DNA of 61,538 nucleotides, filler included, from Choristocarpus tenellus KU-1152 (lineage: Eukaryota; Protista; Phaeophyceae): assembly GCA_964200185.2 (NCBI GenBank). It is 9 parts of 9 records of this genome, joined end to end, with 100 filler letters (N's around TTAATTAATTAA, not from the genome) between each part and the next. Parts side by side here need not be neighbours in the genome. Positions count along the whole stretch, not along the records: positions 1 to 15,932 come from CAXNAD020000902.1; positions 16,033 to 18,743 come from CAXNAD020025410.1; positions 18,844 to 31,702 come from CAXNAD020001687.1; 6 more parts are not named here. One strand, written 5' to 3'. Positions 1-20,781 of the stretch are shown in pieces. The notes under the pieces were generated by a model, which saw only the letters and a list, made by a program, of their open reading frames with translations, searched no databases and was not told where the DNA came from. A program made the translations under genes and the position numbers. How positions within the stretch are numbered: the first letter of the stretch is position 1; each line of letters opens with the position of its first letter.

Positions 1-439
1 CCTTCGCCCCCGGCTACCTCTACCACCCCGACTACGTCCCCCCCTTCCCCTCCCTCGACCTTGGACGCAAAGTGCCGTTACGCCCTTCTGCTTACTGTTT
101 GGGTTTGGTATCAGTTTGAACCATGTGCATTGGGATGATTGTGTTGAAGTAGTTGAAAAAAACTGAACAACCCAATCATTACGACGTCAGGAATTATCAG
201 CTGGTAGTAGAAAGGTACAGGAAAACTAAACCCCTATCCTTAAAATGTCCAGACAACAGAGGGCCTTACCGGGTCCATGGTTCTTGCGAAGTTGGCAGTT
301 GACGCTGATGGGTGGCCCTGATCCTGGACTGCACTGGACACGCCGTCAAGAATGCTTCTGCAGGTCTAGTGACTTCAGCGGCGAGAATTGCCCACAGGGT
401 AAGAAATTTGCACCATGCCAGGGTGCTAACATGTCCCAC
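1..439 (-). CDS. 5' exons of a putative plastid-targeted, RG-rich protein (continues beyond window start)
   Basis: Exons 439-270 and 94-1 join in phase across a GT-AG intron: VGHVSTLAWCKFLTLWAILAAEVTRPAEAFLTACPVQSRIRATHQRQLPTSQEPWTR|KQKGVTALCVQGRGRGRGGRSRGGRGSRGE. A hydrophobic stretch, AEA-F and an S/T/R-rich segment resemble a heterokont bipartite plastid presequence. Start codon unresolved (ATG at 487 or an upstream exon near 690). Confidence 0.6.
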
Positions 440-929
440 CTGTGCGGTGGGTAAGGGCGAGCAAGACATAGAGTTGTATGTGGACATGTTTAGAATCGAG
501 TCCTGTCACGGTATTGGGAAGGCGTTTTGGCGTCTTCATGGTTATGTTAGATCAACAATCCTAACTTTGTAAAGACCCCAGATCACAGGTCGGCTAGGAC
601 GAAGAAGGGAAGGAAAGGTACATCCTCTATAGCCGCTGAGGTACGATTCGATACCATCTAAGTCGTTGGGTGATTCCTTATTTGCAAGCGCCATTGTGAA
701 GACTCCCTACATCCGCCCTTGATAACATCAACTTGAGACCTGTGGTGTTAAAGTAGACGGACCGTTTAAGGGTTGCTACGGCCTCCAGATTAAAACTAGC
801 GCAATTTTCGTCCGTCATTAGACCCTATTTCCACTGGGAATTAGTATGACTTGGATCTAGCGCAGGGAAGAGAAGAAACACGATTAAGCTTGGACTTCTC
901 ACGGTGTATTCCCCAACGCCTCAGGAACC

Positions 930-9478
<8,549 letters not shown>

Positions 9479-10334
9479 ACACCACCAGAAGGTGCTGTTC
9501 TTGGATCGGTTAGGAGCTTCTGACAATGCCCTTACAATCTGAACTCCAAAAGGCTCCATTGGCACAAAATAAAGTGTGTTTGGCCCTTGGGCATTCTATA
9601 GATGTTGAGTGTATGTATAATTGTGTGTTTGGGAAACATTGATGTTGTCATCACAAAGCAGTGACTTTGAGATGCGTAATAATGTAAGTTTCTCTGATCT
9701 GGTCTTTTTTCCCACACAAAAGAGAAGAAATTTGCAAAAATGCTGCCAATCCATTCAATAGAAATCTAGAGCCTCTACTCAAACATATCTTTTCTGCCAC
9801 TTGAGATGGGAAGTTATGACCACACTGGATACTGTTCTTGATGACTGATCAGCCAGTTTTTACTAACTGAATTCAGTTGTCTTCGAGTAACAGAGCAATT
9901 GGAGTAGCAGGATAGTGTCATTTAGAAATGTGGACCATCATAACTACTGGTATTACACTACTATACTACCATGTAGAACTGTGCTGTAACGTTCACCCAC
10001 AGGGGACACGTAAATTGATTCCCGTCAAATGCAAGATTTCTACACAGCACTCTATTAATTTTGTTGTAGTCCTTCCACACATCAAGGGCATGTCACAAGG
10101 ATGAACATGTTTGTGTTATCTAGATACATCTTTCTGTGAACCCAGCGCAACCTATCATAGCTGTTGTGGGTTATGTGGGTGAGGTTACCAAAACCTGAAA
10201 AAGACAAGTCACTCTCTCCAAATAGTCACTTCTAAGCACAAACAATATGACCAACTTCTGTCCTACTAGTAAGAAGTGTGGAAGATTTGTGACCTTGCCT
10301 ATTGTCTCTCTTGTCCAAAAAAACTTGATTAAGG

Positions 10335-13300
10335 TCACAGGGCAGCATGAAACGCCATTGGCTGGTAGTGCACTTCACCGAAACCCTCACAGGGCTTGAG
10401 ATGTGGGATGCCAAGAGCTTCCTCAGCCTGTGTTAAGTGTCAAAAAGGAAAAATACAACAAAGGATTGACCATTATATTTACAACTACATAATGGTACAC
10501 TCATAATGTATGACATAATAGACACGGATGTTCACAAAAGTCTGTAGCATTCACATGATCCACACCTACCCACCTATCTGCATTTAACTAGCAGGTATGT
10601 CAGGCACAGCAAGAATCTAGGAAGCATGTCACATGATAGTTTAAATCTATTTGTCATTGTTGCTGAACTTGGAAATCATGGTACAAAACCTCATTACGCC
10701 CTTTAAGACAATTCCCAAAACAATATCTCCTCTAGTTTACTATATCAAATAGTAGTAAGATAATAAAGGGAACTGGTTTCTTGCTGTGCGATATTCATAA
10801 TAGGTTTGCATCCTCTTTACATGTATGTCCACAAGAGATGTATTGTTGTCTTAGAATGTCTTCACCTGAAGAACCTCGAAGTCAGCGCTTCAATGACAGT
10901 GTTTGAAATGTGTTTCAGGCAGGCACTACTGTTACTAAATGCTTCCAAAGCATTATCCTACTTCCATTTGTCTCTCCCTGCATGAAACTCTACACCAGCT
11001 TCTTAACCCTTCTTACTTAACTCACCAGCTTTCGCATGAGAAACCACTGCTCAAACAAAATGGTGCACAATGACTGCTGGGGATGAGGGTAAAGGCACTT
11101 CCACGGCTTCATACAATTAGTGAAGTGTGCACTCCTGCAAAGATGGCAACAGTTAGGAAACCAACAGAATGAGGGATCAATGAAGGTTGTGTGCAAGCAT
11201 TCTTAGTCGCAGACCAGTTACATTAATTTTAGTCTCACATGCCAAACTAGTTTGTCAAGTTCAAGTTAACTTCAAATGTACTAATTAGGTAAATGTCCAC
11301 ATTCAATATATTTCAGAATTCATAGACGACAAAAACAATATACCAGCAAGACAACACAAAAGGGTTTTGTGTGTGTGCCATGCCTTTGTTGATCAGTCAC
11401 AGACCTGTGCAATCAATGAACAGAGTTATGTTAACAGCTAGTACACAATTTTGGCATTCTCAGCCCCTGTACATCACCCTCCTTGTCCTACTAATAGTGC
11501 TCAGTTAACCCAACAAACATCACTGCTAACCCTAACCCTAAGGAAAAATAAATAGCGCTATCTATGACTTGAGTATATTTGAGACTCCATTACATCCATG
11601 AGTGACAAGATGAGTGACATGCTCCCACACAATAACCCTTACCCTAACAAACACAAAAAGGAAAAAAAATAGGTAGACAGATCAGAGTGAAAGTATCTTA
11701 TTAAAAGAGGGTATACGAGTTTCGCCTTGTTTGTCCGTTTGGGCTTGGTTTCCCATGGGTATTTTGTAACATTTTAACTACTCCGAAACATTTTGGAGTA
11801 GGTAAAAAATATTCCTTATGAAAAGGTGTGTCTGGAACAAGGATATTGACACTTCCTAACAAGCATGATAACCAAAATTACATCAAAATCACAACATTGG
11901 AGTTTGGTCTCAAAATGGACGCGACTCTACCCTCTAAGATACTTTGACTCTCACCCAGCTAAAATCTCACTATGAATACTTAGGAATATATATATAATGT
12001 CCACATCAGGCTACAGTTGTCATATGCAGAGGGGGTCATGAGATCCTCCAACCACCAGTCCTGCCACTTCAATAGTGAAATCCAACTGAACACAGCTAAT
12101 CACAGAAAAAGCAACTCCTTCAACCTAAGCCATCGTAACCATGGCAGATGATAGATGATACATGCCTCACAAGCAAGACACATGATCAAATCACAACAGA
12201 GTGTCAATTATCAAAAAAGAGTTAACACGCCTATACAACATCAAGCCCAGACCCCTACTGTCTTTCTGAACCCTTCATCTCGCCTTCATATCCTTGCAAC
12301 TCCCTGACCTTGAACAGAGTCACTTGAATACAGTCAGAGTTGCATAGCGAGAAACAGACATGCAAAAGAGAAAAAAAAATGTATCACCCTGTCCTAACCC
12401 TACATGTACCTGACGCTGTCTAATTCCACGCTTTGGCACTCCCTGGTGTCCACCATGTTGTTATACACACAACGATCTACTCTCTCCCAATCTTCAACAA
12501 CTCCCTGGCGCTGGTCCACCAGGACCATTCCGCACCATGTGCAGCAAGTACCAACAAAGGACCATAGAGTCATCAGCCATAGAGTCATCAGTCAAAAGGT
12601 ACTCAAGACATCAAACGAGAGGAGGCAGGAGTCATAGTGTGAGGAGGGGTAGAAGGAGAGAGTCGTGCATCAAAAAGGAAATGAGTTAGTACAGCACAGG
12701 AGTAGTACTAACAGGGAAAACTTATACCACAGGAAAACAAACACGATACGCTAGTGTAGGTGAGACTGTACATAGACTATGGAGTGTTTCAAGGCAAGGA
12801 ATAGCAGATCTATGGAGGAAGTGCTTCAATTTTCAACCTGACAGATGGGAGGTCTCCAAAAAAAAAATCAATATTAAAACTCTTGCCCTTCAGTGATCAA
12901 AACAATTCCAGGCACGCCTTGAATCAAGACAGGGACCATAACGTTTGAGGGGAAGAAGTGGGCAACATGCCCATCATATTAACAGTGGATCTACCAGTAG
13001 TTTCAAGTGAGGAATATTTAGGGGCATCCGCATAGTAAACAAAACTCCAGAAATTCCTGCAGTGTACCTATGGTACAGTTACAGTTACAGTTATATATAC
13101 TTGCTTTAAAGTGGTTAAAATACACTCATACATATCACTTCTTTGGCATTCCATTGAAAATATTCCATTGAAAACATTCCATTGAAAATCCACCACTGCT
13201 GTACACCAATTTCTTTTTTATGAATGACACTCAGCTACATGCTCCATGCATTCCATTCTCCAATGAATATCACATGAGATACCCTTAGTCATGGTGTAAA

Positions 13301-15029
13301 TGAAGCATTCTTATGCCAACAGTAATACCAGGTCCTTCACAATGAACTCCAAATCAAGTATACATACAGTCCAGGATGCTTGTTAATTACAGCACCCCTA
13401 ACCCTAACCTTAACCCTTCTAATAGACTGTGTGAGGTAGACTACTGGGTGTAGTAGTCATGGATAAACTTGGTGTTTTTACCCTGGCGGGGTTACTGCAC
13501 AGCTCTACAATCCATAGCAACCACACCATATTGTTGACTGGCATACACGCCATTGCTGATCATCACTAAGGTATACCTCTTAGTTGGTGCAACAACCACC
13601 TCGTCATCTGTCGTATGTTCAAACATTTACAGCCATTACACCTCTCTTCAAATTGGTTGTCTACCACACACACACAAAAGGTCTTCCTGCTGAATGGGAC
13701 CCTGGTATATCCACTATAACAATACACTGCAAAAACGTTATCCTCGGAAACATCAGGGTTAGGGTTAGGGTTAGGGTTAGTCACTATCACAACAATAATT
13801 TTAAAATGAAGAAACTGTCCACCACAGAACCTGCAATATGCACTAGTTGCCCTTATTGTACTTCCAAGCATTGATGTAAATACTTGATTAGTTCCACTAT
13901 CATTGCACCACTGTACTATCACCTATGCATTGCTTTCCGGTGGAAATCGCTGAAGTAAAAAATTAAAAAACACAACATGGTCACCAAGGCCCCCAGTCAG
14001 CAAGCAATTAAAGGGCAAGGCAACGTTAACACATGTCTTTCTCATGGTGTCGAGGGTGGTCCTTGCTATGTGACACATTGGAATATTGCTCAAACAGAGC
14101 ATACACAAAACCAATCAAAGCACCAAACTGCATTCAGCACACTCAAGTGTATCCCAGCCCCCTCACCCATTAGACAGAGTGAATGATAAGGTTGGTAAGG
14201 GCAATAGTGATGAGGTTGTTAACTCACCTCATAGAAGTAAGGTAAGATACCCTGGACCGTTATACCTCCCCAGAAAATTCCAATCTTGCTCCCCCCCCAT
14301 CCCCTTCCAGGTTGAAAAGGTGTACTTCTCACCACCTTAGGCAGGCATCGCAGAGGTGGACAAGGTTAGGGTTAGGGTGTCATAGTCGTAGCGGACACAT
14401 GGAGCAATGCTATCAGTACTATGATAATAATAATGAGTACTTTATTGTATAAAAATAAAAATCAAGTGACCTCAACCACCGAAGAACACACCTTCAAAGA
14501 TTCATATTAAAAAATGAAATGTCATATTAAAAATAATTGTGATGATGATGACAAATAGTACCAATGGAGATATTTGAAGTATATACTTCTTACAATCATG
14601 TGATAACATGATTACATCTAGCCCTGTACCACAGTTCAATAGAAGACTGACTGCACAGAGCACAAAGTGAAAACAAACAACCCTCAAGAAGGTCATCTCC
14701 TCTTTACAAATGAGGATTGGGGTTAAAATAATTTGGGTTAGGGTTAGGTTTAGGGGTGAAAGACTACCGTCTGACATTTTCTGTTTCTCCTGATGAATGT
14801 GAAAATGAGCACAAATGTAAAATAGTACTATCATCCCATTGGCATAGGTGTTGCTTTTGGTACCATGCCCCCTGACCCAAAATGCTACATACACTTGAAC
14901 TATTTGTTACTTTGGAGTCTATTACTATGTAGTGAGAGCAGGATGTCATCATCAGCACATTTCATTGCCACAAACCTCACAAAGATCTTCAAAAACCTTC
15001 ATGTCTGGCTTGATAATGAGGAAGCCACC
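10335..15029 (-). CDS. 3' portion of a glycosyltransferase family 8 (glycogenin-like) gene; 5' end not found before the contig spacer
   Basis: Exons 15029-14976, 14335-14228, 12504-12410, 11134-11026 and 10427-10335 splice in phase: GGFLIIKPDMKVFEDLCE|VVRSTPFQPGRGWGGSKIGIFWGGITVQGILPYFYE|GVVEDWERVDRCVYNNMVDTRECQSVELDSVR|SAHFTNCMKPWKCLYPHPQQSLCTILFEQWFLMRKL|AEEALGIPHLKPCEGFGEVHYQPMAFHAAL*. GGFxxxxP, QGxL, YN and HFxxxxKPW are GT8-type motifs. Confidence 0.85.
11685..11950 (-). mobile_element. MITE family A, full copy in a GT8 intron
   Basis: GAGTGAAAGTATCTT ... AAGATACTTTGACTC, flanked by TCA/TCA. Confidence 0.9.
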
Positions 15030-15328
15030 CTGAATAGGCACCAAGACACAACAGGCAATATGACCCATCCACATACATGGGGATGGGGGGGAGGACAAAC
15101 ATACATAGGAGGTCAGTCTCAGTAAAATATAGTGTAGAAAGTTGGACATCGCATGACATTAAATTCTATCCAACAGTCAAGAAGGAAGTAATATACAATA
15201 CTTGTTCAAAAAGGGGTCAAGAACAACAGAGCAGAACTTCCTTGGAAAAAAGACCAAAATAACCCTAACCCTAACAGAAATTGTGGTCGTTCCATGCAGA
15301 CACCTCTACAAGATGATCGGCAAGCGAG

Positions 15329-15790
15329 CAAGACACAATACCATAATACAATAGTATTATTATACTACAAGAGTATCACAATACAATAATACTATAATAC
15401 TACAAGAGTATCACAATACCATAATACAATAGTATTATTATACTACAAGAGTATCACAATACAATAATACTATAATACTACAAGAGTATCACAATACAAT
15501 AATACTATAATACTATAAGAGTATCACAATACCATAATACAATAGTATTATTATACTACAAGAGTATCACAATACAATAATGCTATAATACTACAAGAGT
15601 ATCACAATACCATAATACTAGAAGAGTATCTACAATACCATAATACTATAATACTATAAGAGTATCTACAATACCATAATACTATGAAATATCACAATAT
15701 CAAAATACAATAATATTATAATACAAGATTATCACAATACCATAATACAAAAATACTATGCTACTATAAGAGGATCACAATACTCAAACA
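15329..15790. repeat. AT-rich minisatellite with 35- and 43-bp units
   Basis: Anchor (C/T)AAGAGTATCAC recurs at 15368, 15403, 15446, 15481, 15516, 15559 and 15594 (spacings 35, 43, 35, 35, 43, 35), then degenerates. Confidence 0.9.
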
Positions 15791-15874
15791 TGATAATGGT
15801 GGCAGCAACAGTGAAGGACACCTACCTATACCTAAAGAAGAACAAATCTAAAACTAACTCTAATCCAAACCCTA

Positions 15875-15915
15875 GGGTCAAAGTATCTGGGGGGGGGGGG
15901 GGGCCCATTTTTGAC
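15875..15915 (+). mobile_element. MITE family B, terminal fragment
   Basis: GGGTCAAAGTATCT followed by poly-G and CCATTT, just before a spacer. Confidence 0.6.
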
Positions 15916-15932
15916 CTCTAACCCTTAAACAA

Positions 15933-16032
15933 NNNNNNNNNNNNNNNNNNNNNNNNNNNNNNNNNNNNNNNNNNNNTTAATTAATTAANNNNNNNNNNNN
16001 NNNNNNNNNNNNNNNNNNNNNNNNNNNNNNNN
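15933..16032. other. Artificial contig spacer (also 18744-18843, 31703-31802, 36660-36759, 42381-42480, 47529-47628, 54242-54341, 58465-58564)
   Basis: Eight identical 100-nt blocks of 44 N + TTAATTAATTAA + 44 N. The 12-mer gives stops in all six frames. Confidence 0.98.
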
Positions 16033-16471
16033 CAGTCAATTTTGGGGCAACCTCATCCTCAATGAAAAGCTCCATCCTCAATTTTTGAAATCGGCTGTTA
16101 AATATGGAAAATATGTGTGTTCGGGATTATCTGACTACGTTGGATATCTGCCGTTCTCCCTTCAGGATCCTTCTTTCACTGACAATGAAATAATATATTG
16201 ATATATATAGTAGACTTTCTCTCCGTTAGTGAAAGTATACATCTATCGTTTCCTTGATTGTATATCAAAATTTTTGGAGTTGGATATCCCATACCAGGAT
16301 TCATCCGTGCGTGCGTGACGCATGATGAAACGCATGTAGATCTGGAAACGTACACATCCTTGCTCAGATATATCCACCAAGAACTTGGACAGAACTCAAA
16401 ACCTGACAAAGCCATCAAGTCAGCCCCTATCTAGTTCGTCCTCTCTGGCTGGAGTACCAGAGAGGAGAACG

Positions 16472-17201
16472 ATGCGCTTCCTCGATCGGCCCATAATGTT
16501 AGTTGCACTTGTCTTCGTCCTCGTCAGATTTATTATCAATCCAATAACCATAGTAGCTACGGAGGTGCGGAACGAAATCAGCGTCCTTTCAGAAGAGGGA
16601 TTCCCGGCCGAGAAAGGCATAGTCATCGATATCACGACGGTGGAGGCTGCCGAGGAGGCGCTTGATCTTCACCCAATCCTCCTCTTCGTCTACTACAACA
16701 AAGCAAATAGTGAGTCCTTCGAAGAAACAGACAAGGTATCGAAAATCGAAGAAGGTTCAAATGATACCCACACGATTGTAAGATGCATTTGGTAAAGCAC
16801 TTCCTGGTTATCTTACTTCACCTCTACAAATAGAGCGTCCGTTATTGCTCACCTATGTTGTTCTGCGGTTTAACAGTCCCTTGCTCGCTATGTCGAAAAT
16901 ATCTCAGCTAGCCCGGAATTCACCAAGATCGTACTGCCCTTTCTCGAAGAGGCGACTCCATGGCTCTTGGAGGCGGGGATATCAATTGCAAAGGTTAGTC
17001 GTACCCTTAACCCTTGCCATGTCTTGAAGCCGTTCATATCTACTCACTCTGAGGCTCCCTCCTCTCTGTTGTATGGAAAGTGGATCGAATTCTCCGTTTT
17101 CACCTGGTATGCCACTCTGTGTCCCTGTGCTTGTCCAGGTGGACGTGAGCCATCCAGACATCTACCCTGCGGTGAAAGACGTACCTACGCCCAACTATCA
17201 G
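16472..17201 (+). CDS. 5' exons of a secretory-pathway thioredoxin-fold (PDI-like) protein lacking CxxC; 3' end unresolved
   Basis: Exons 16472-16735, 16877-16993 and 17139-17201 in phase: MRFLDRPIMLVALVFVLVRFII...HPILLFVYY...SPEFTKIVLPFLEEATPWLLEAGISIAK|VDVSHPDIYPAVKDVPTPNYQ. N-terminal hydrophobic signal/anchor plus PDI-like PEF..IAKVD. Confidence 0.6.
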
Positions 17202-18427
17202 GTGAGACTATTCTAGTCCATACTGTGTACCCCCGTGGTAATAACGGTCAAGGCATTTACTCCAGAATACTTGCAATAGTCATGCGTCGAAACTCCTCAC
17301 GATTTGTATCACATCCCTTCCAAACATACAATACCTATACCATTCATTCGTGTCTCTATGATCGCCCGCATGATTTCAAAATTGAAATAGAAGATCCACA
17401 CTGCTCATTTCTTGCATGTTATTTTCAATTTGCCATGTGGATATGGAGCACACATAGAGCAGTATATTTATTTGTGTTACGAAGCAACCTGCACCTCCCA
17501 CATCCTTCTTGAACCTCATCTAGCAGAGAATGCTTGTGCTGTGGCCTCAACAGGTGTACCAAGACACCTTCAATATCAATGATAAAATCAGTGTTAGATC
17601 GACTGTCCTGTCACAGACATTGTTACATTTCTTTACTGAGATAGATGTGAGTACTGCGGAAATACCCCACATCACGGATTGTAACGTTGTGATCCAGAAC
17701 AACATATTGAGTTCACCCCATTGTTGTAACACAAGACTGTCACAGGACTATGTCCGAACATTTTTTTGGTGCAAGCTACAGCGCTTTCAGGTCTTACTCT
17801 TAGAACTCTGATTCAGCATAGTAATAGGACAGCACATCTTTCCACCAGACCACAAGGTTACCACTGAGAACCATGTTCATAGCTTGAGCCTGGCAATAGC
17901 CCTGTAGAGTGCAGCAAATGCAACAGCAGTAGTAGAAATAGGATAGCGGCATAAAGCAGCTCAGATACTATCTTGACCAGTGATGTCACAAAAAAGATGT
18001 TAATCATCATTCACTCGTAGTTTTAGCTGACTATTGCAGATATTCAATTGGCATGCGCATCTGTATAACCTGTCCAACCCGAGACCATCACAATCAGTTG
18101 CCCTGTGCTCTTGATGCCTGCGAGGGTATATATCATTGATGACACAACTTTGTGTCATGATAGTATCATTGATGGTGTAAAATTTCAAAGATGTCTACAA
18201 GTCCCACCCACAGTGTATTTCTTTTTGTCTGGCTGTGCACCCACTCTTCTTACAGACTCGAGAAACAAAGGGCAAAGAACAAGCAGCAATGCAGGATCCG
18301 TCAATTCTCGAGGTGTGTCACTCCTTTCCTGCAAGTTTTGTATTATCATTTCTGCTTCAGGTTCAAGAGAATGTATTTGTCGACATCCCGCCTTGGACCC
18401 TATAGCCATAGCCCTCTTTTGAGTAAT

Positions 18428-18576
18428 GAATGAAATTATCTTAGAGGGGACAAGTTTTTCCTTGTTCGTCCATTTGGGGCTTGGCTTCCCTCAGGTATTT
18501 TATGACATTTTACCCACTCCCAAAACATTTCAGAGTGAGTAGGTAAAATAATGCGTTAAGAAAAGGTGTGTCCGGA
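18428..18576 (-). mobile_element. MITE family A, partial copy interrupted by MITE-B
   Basis: GAATGAAATTATCTTAGAGGG...AAAAGGTGTGTCCGGA runs directly into the MITE-B terminus at 18577. Confidence 0.85.
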
Positions 18577-18743
18577 GGCTCAAAGTATCTGGGGGGGGTG
18601 GCGGCTGTCCATTTGGGGACATTTTTTTTTTTTGTCGCGATTTTTGAGTGATTTGGTTCCATACATTGGATGGATAATGAAAGCGCACTTTTTCCTGGTT
18701 TTGGTCTAAATGGACACTCTGGTGTAGACCCCCCCCCCCCCCC
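18577..18743 (+). mobile_element. MITE family B, near-full copy truncated at spacer
   Basis: GGCTCAAAGTATCT-polyG-TGGCGGCTGTCCATTTGGGG...TGTAGA-polyC; matches 32137-32319. Confidence 0.88.
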
Positions 18744-18843
18744 NNNNNNNNNNNNNNNNNNNNNNNNNNNNNNNNNNNNNNNNNNNNTTAATTAATTAAN
18801 NNNNNNNNNNNNNNNNNNNNNNNNNNNNNNNNNNNNNNNNNNN

Positions 18844-19813
18844 GGGGAAGAGCCATGGATGCACAGCCGGGCGCTGCTACAAAACAGCATGGACTTGTCC
18901 CTGGTCAGATCTTGGCTTAACGAGATCCCACCTGCTGTACATTACAACCCCAAAGGACTGACAAACTACAGGTAGGTGATGATGTTTACGTCATGGTCTC
19001 TGCGCAAGAACCATGCCCTACCAAGTCAACCACGTACACCAAACCCCATCCTCCTTCCAATGACGTCCACCACTGGAGAAATATCACCACAGTACAGTAC
19101 TTCCCAAAGCAGTTAGTTCCCAGTGTGGTTTTGACCTAGATACTATTTTGAAGCATACCCTGAAGATGAGGTTGGAAGGCCTAGAACCAAAACTTGGACC
19201 ATATGCGCATTATGGATCATACTTGACAAACAAAACCCAATGATGTATTCATGGGTCTCCAACCTTCTTCTGTGTCCGCGCACCCGAATGGGCTGGTTAC
19301 AGCGGAGGACAAAAAAGGGTACACCTCTCCACCACATCCGAAGCAGCAGTCCCCGAAGCAGACAGAAAACGGACTGTTTGGAGTGGAGGAGGTACTTCTC
19401 ATACAACCATGGGTAGACCTAGGACCTCACCAGCATCAACAACCCACAGGCAGCCTACACCCTTTGGACGAAAGGCGGTGTCTGCCTCTGTGGGTTCCAA
19501 GATGCTCAAGCAGCAAAGATCCTTAGCATCTGCTGGTGCTGCGGCAGCTGTGGTCGATGCAAGGTGCTGGGGAAAGCAACCAAGGGTCTTTGACAAGAAA
19601 CAAATGGCTGCTGCAGTAGCTGCAGCAGCACGTGGTGGAAGCAAAGGGGGCGTCCATGTTTCTGGACGCCCAGCAACAACACTTGGGTTTGGAATGGCAT
19701 TGTCTCAAGAGGGCACGGTGGTAGACATGAGGCTTGCAAAAGCTCGTGCCAGGGTAAGGTCAGAGATCTTCGATGAGGCTGAGAGGGTTGAGCTTCCATT
19801 ATTGCAGGAATAA
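18844..19813 (+). CDS. Last two exons of an unknown protein (low-complexity, Ala/Gly/Ser-rich C-terminus)
   Basis: Exons 18844-18971 and 19303-19813 join in phase: GEEPWMHSRALLQNSMDLSLVRSWLNEIPPAVHYNPKGLTNYS|GGQKRVHL...MRLAKARARVRSEIFDEAERVELPLLQE*. Confidence 0.6.
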
Positions 19814-20781
19814 TGACAACTCTAGTGTACAATCAGGTACTGTAAATCAATACAAGAGGGAACATACACTCAACCACCACCACAATATCTTCCACAGATA
19901 AAAGCAGACACTGCAAACGAGATTGGTCGAGATTGCCTGTAAGTAAGAAATTGTCCCTCTCCCCTTCAAGCGCTTCAACAGCTAGGTCCAGTTCAATAAT
20001 CAAGTGGCAAACCTATCACTCGGAGCACAAAAAGGCCACCTTGCAAAAGTTAGTATAGTTTCTCATTCCATTAATTCAAATATTCCAAACACATTTTGTT
20101 CATGACAGAAAAACCGCGTGTGCCGATCGATGTACAAAGCCAAAAAAATATTTATCATTACAAAAACCGCTGAGAAAGAGGAAGTCCATCATCTCCTCTT
20201 TCTTGAAACTGAGATATCTCATCCTTCTGGGAAGAGATCTTCTAAATAACCACAATGCCAACATACTTCTCCAAACGCCAAACATAATTATCAATCAATG
20301 TAATAGAGCTCCAAAATATACTTGACCAGTAAGAAAGGTTACTCGAATCATTACCAAGAAACAGTCTTGCAGTTAACATTGATGAAGTCCTCGAGTTGAT
20401 AAGCACTCATACTGAAGAGAAGGGCGGTGAAAATACACAACTTTAAAAAATAACAGCTTTGCTTCAAACTGGGGCAAATAAAACATGAAAAGAATCTCCA
20501 CAAAATCCTGGGACAGTGATGCACAAAAATAGCATCATCAAAGACAATCAAATGCTTAGTTTCCCCTAGCGCCCTGATCTTCCCAGCAGCACTCTGCAAA
20601 TCAGGACACGTTTATCAAGGGAACAGTGTCTTAGCTTCCCGCTTGACCCTTCACTTCTGTGCAACAAGAGATCAATCCAATCAAATAAATGATGCAAAGG
20701 CCAACTGTTGCCTTTATACATCCATGTGCAACTTTGGAAGGTGTCATATATTCCGGGCTATCCATGTACAGAACAGCAATA

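Noticed and set aside
10232-10414. ORF MASHISSPVRV... as the GT8 last exon
   Set aside because: Splice phase from the preceding exon selects the other frame (AEEALGIPH...AAL*).
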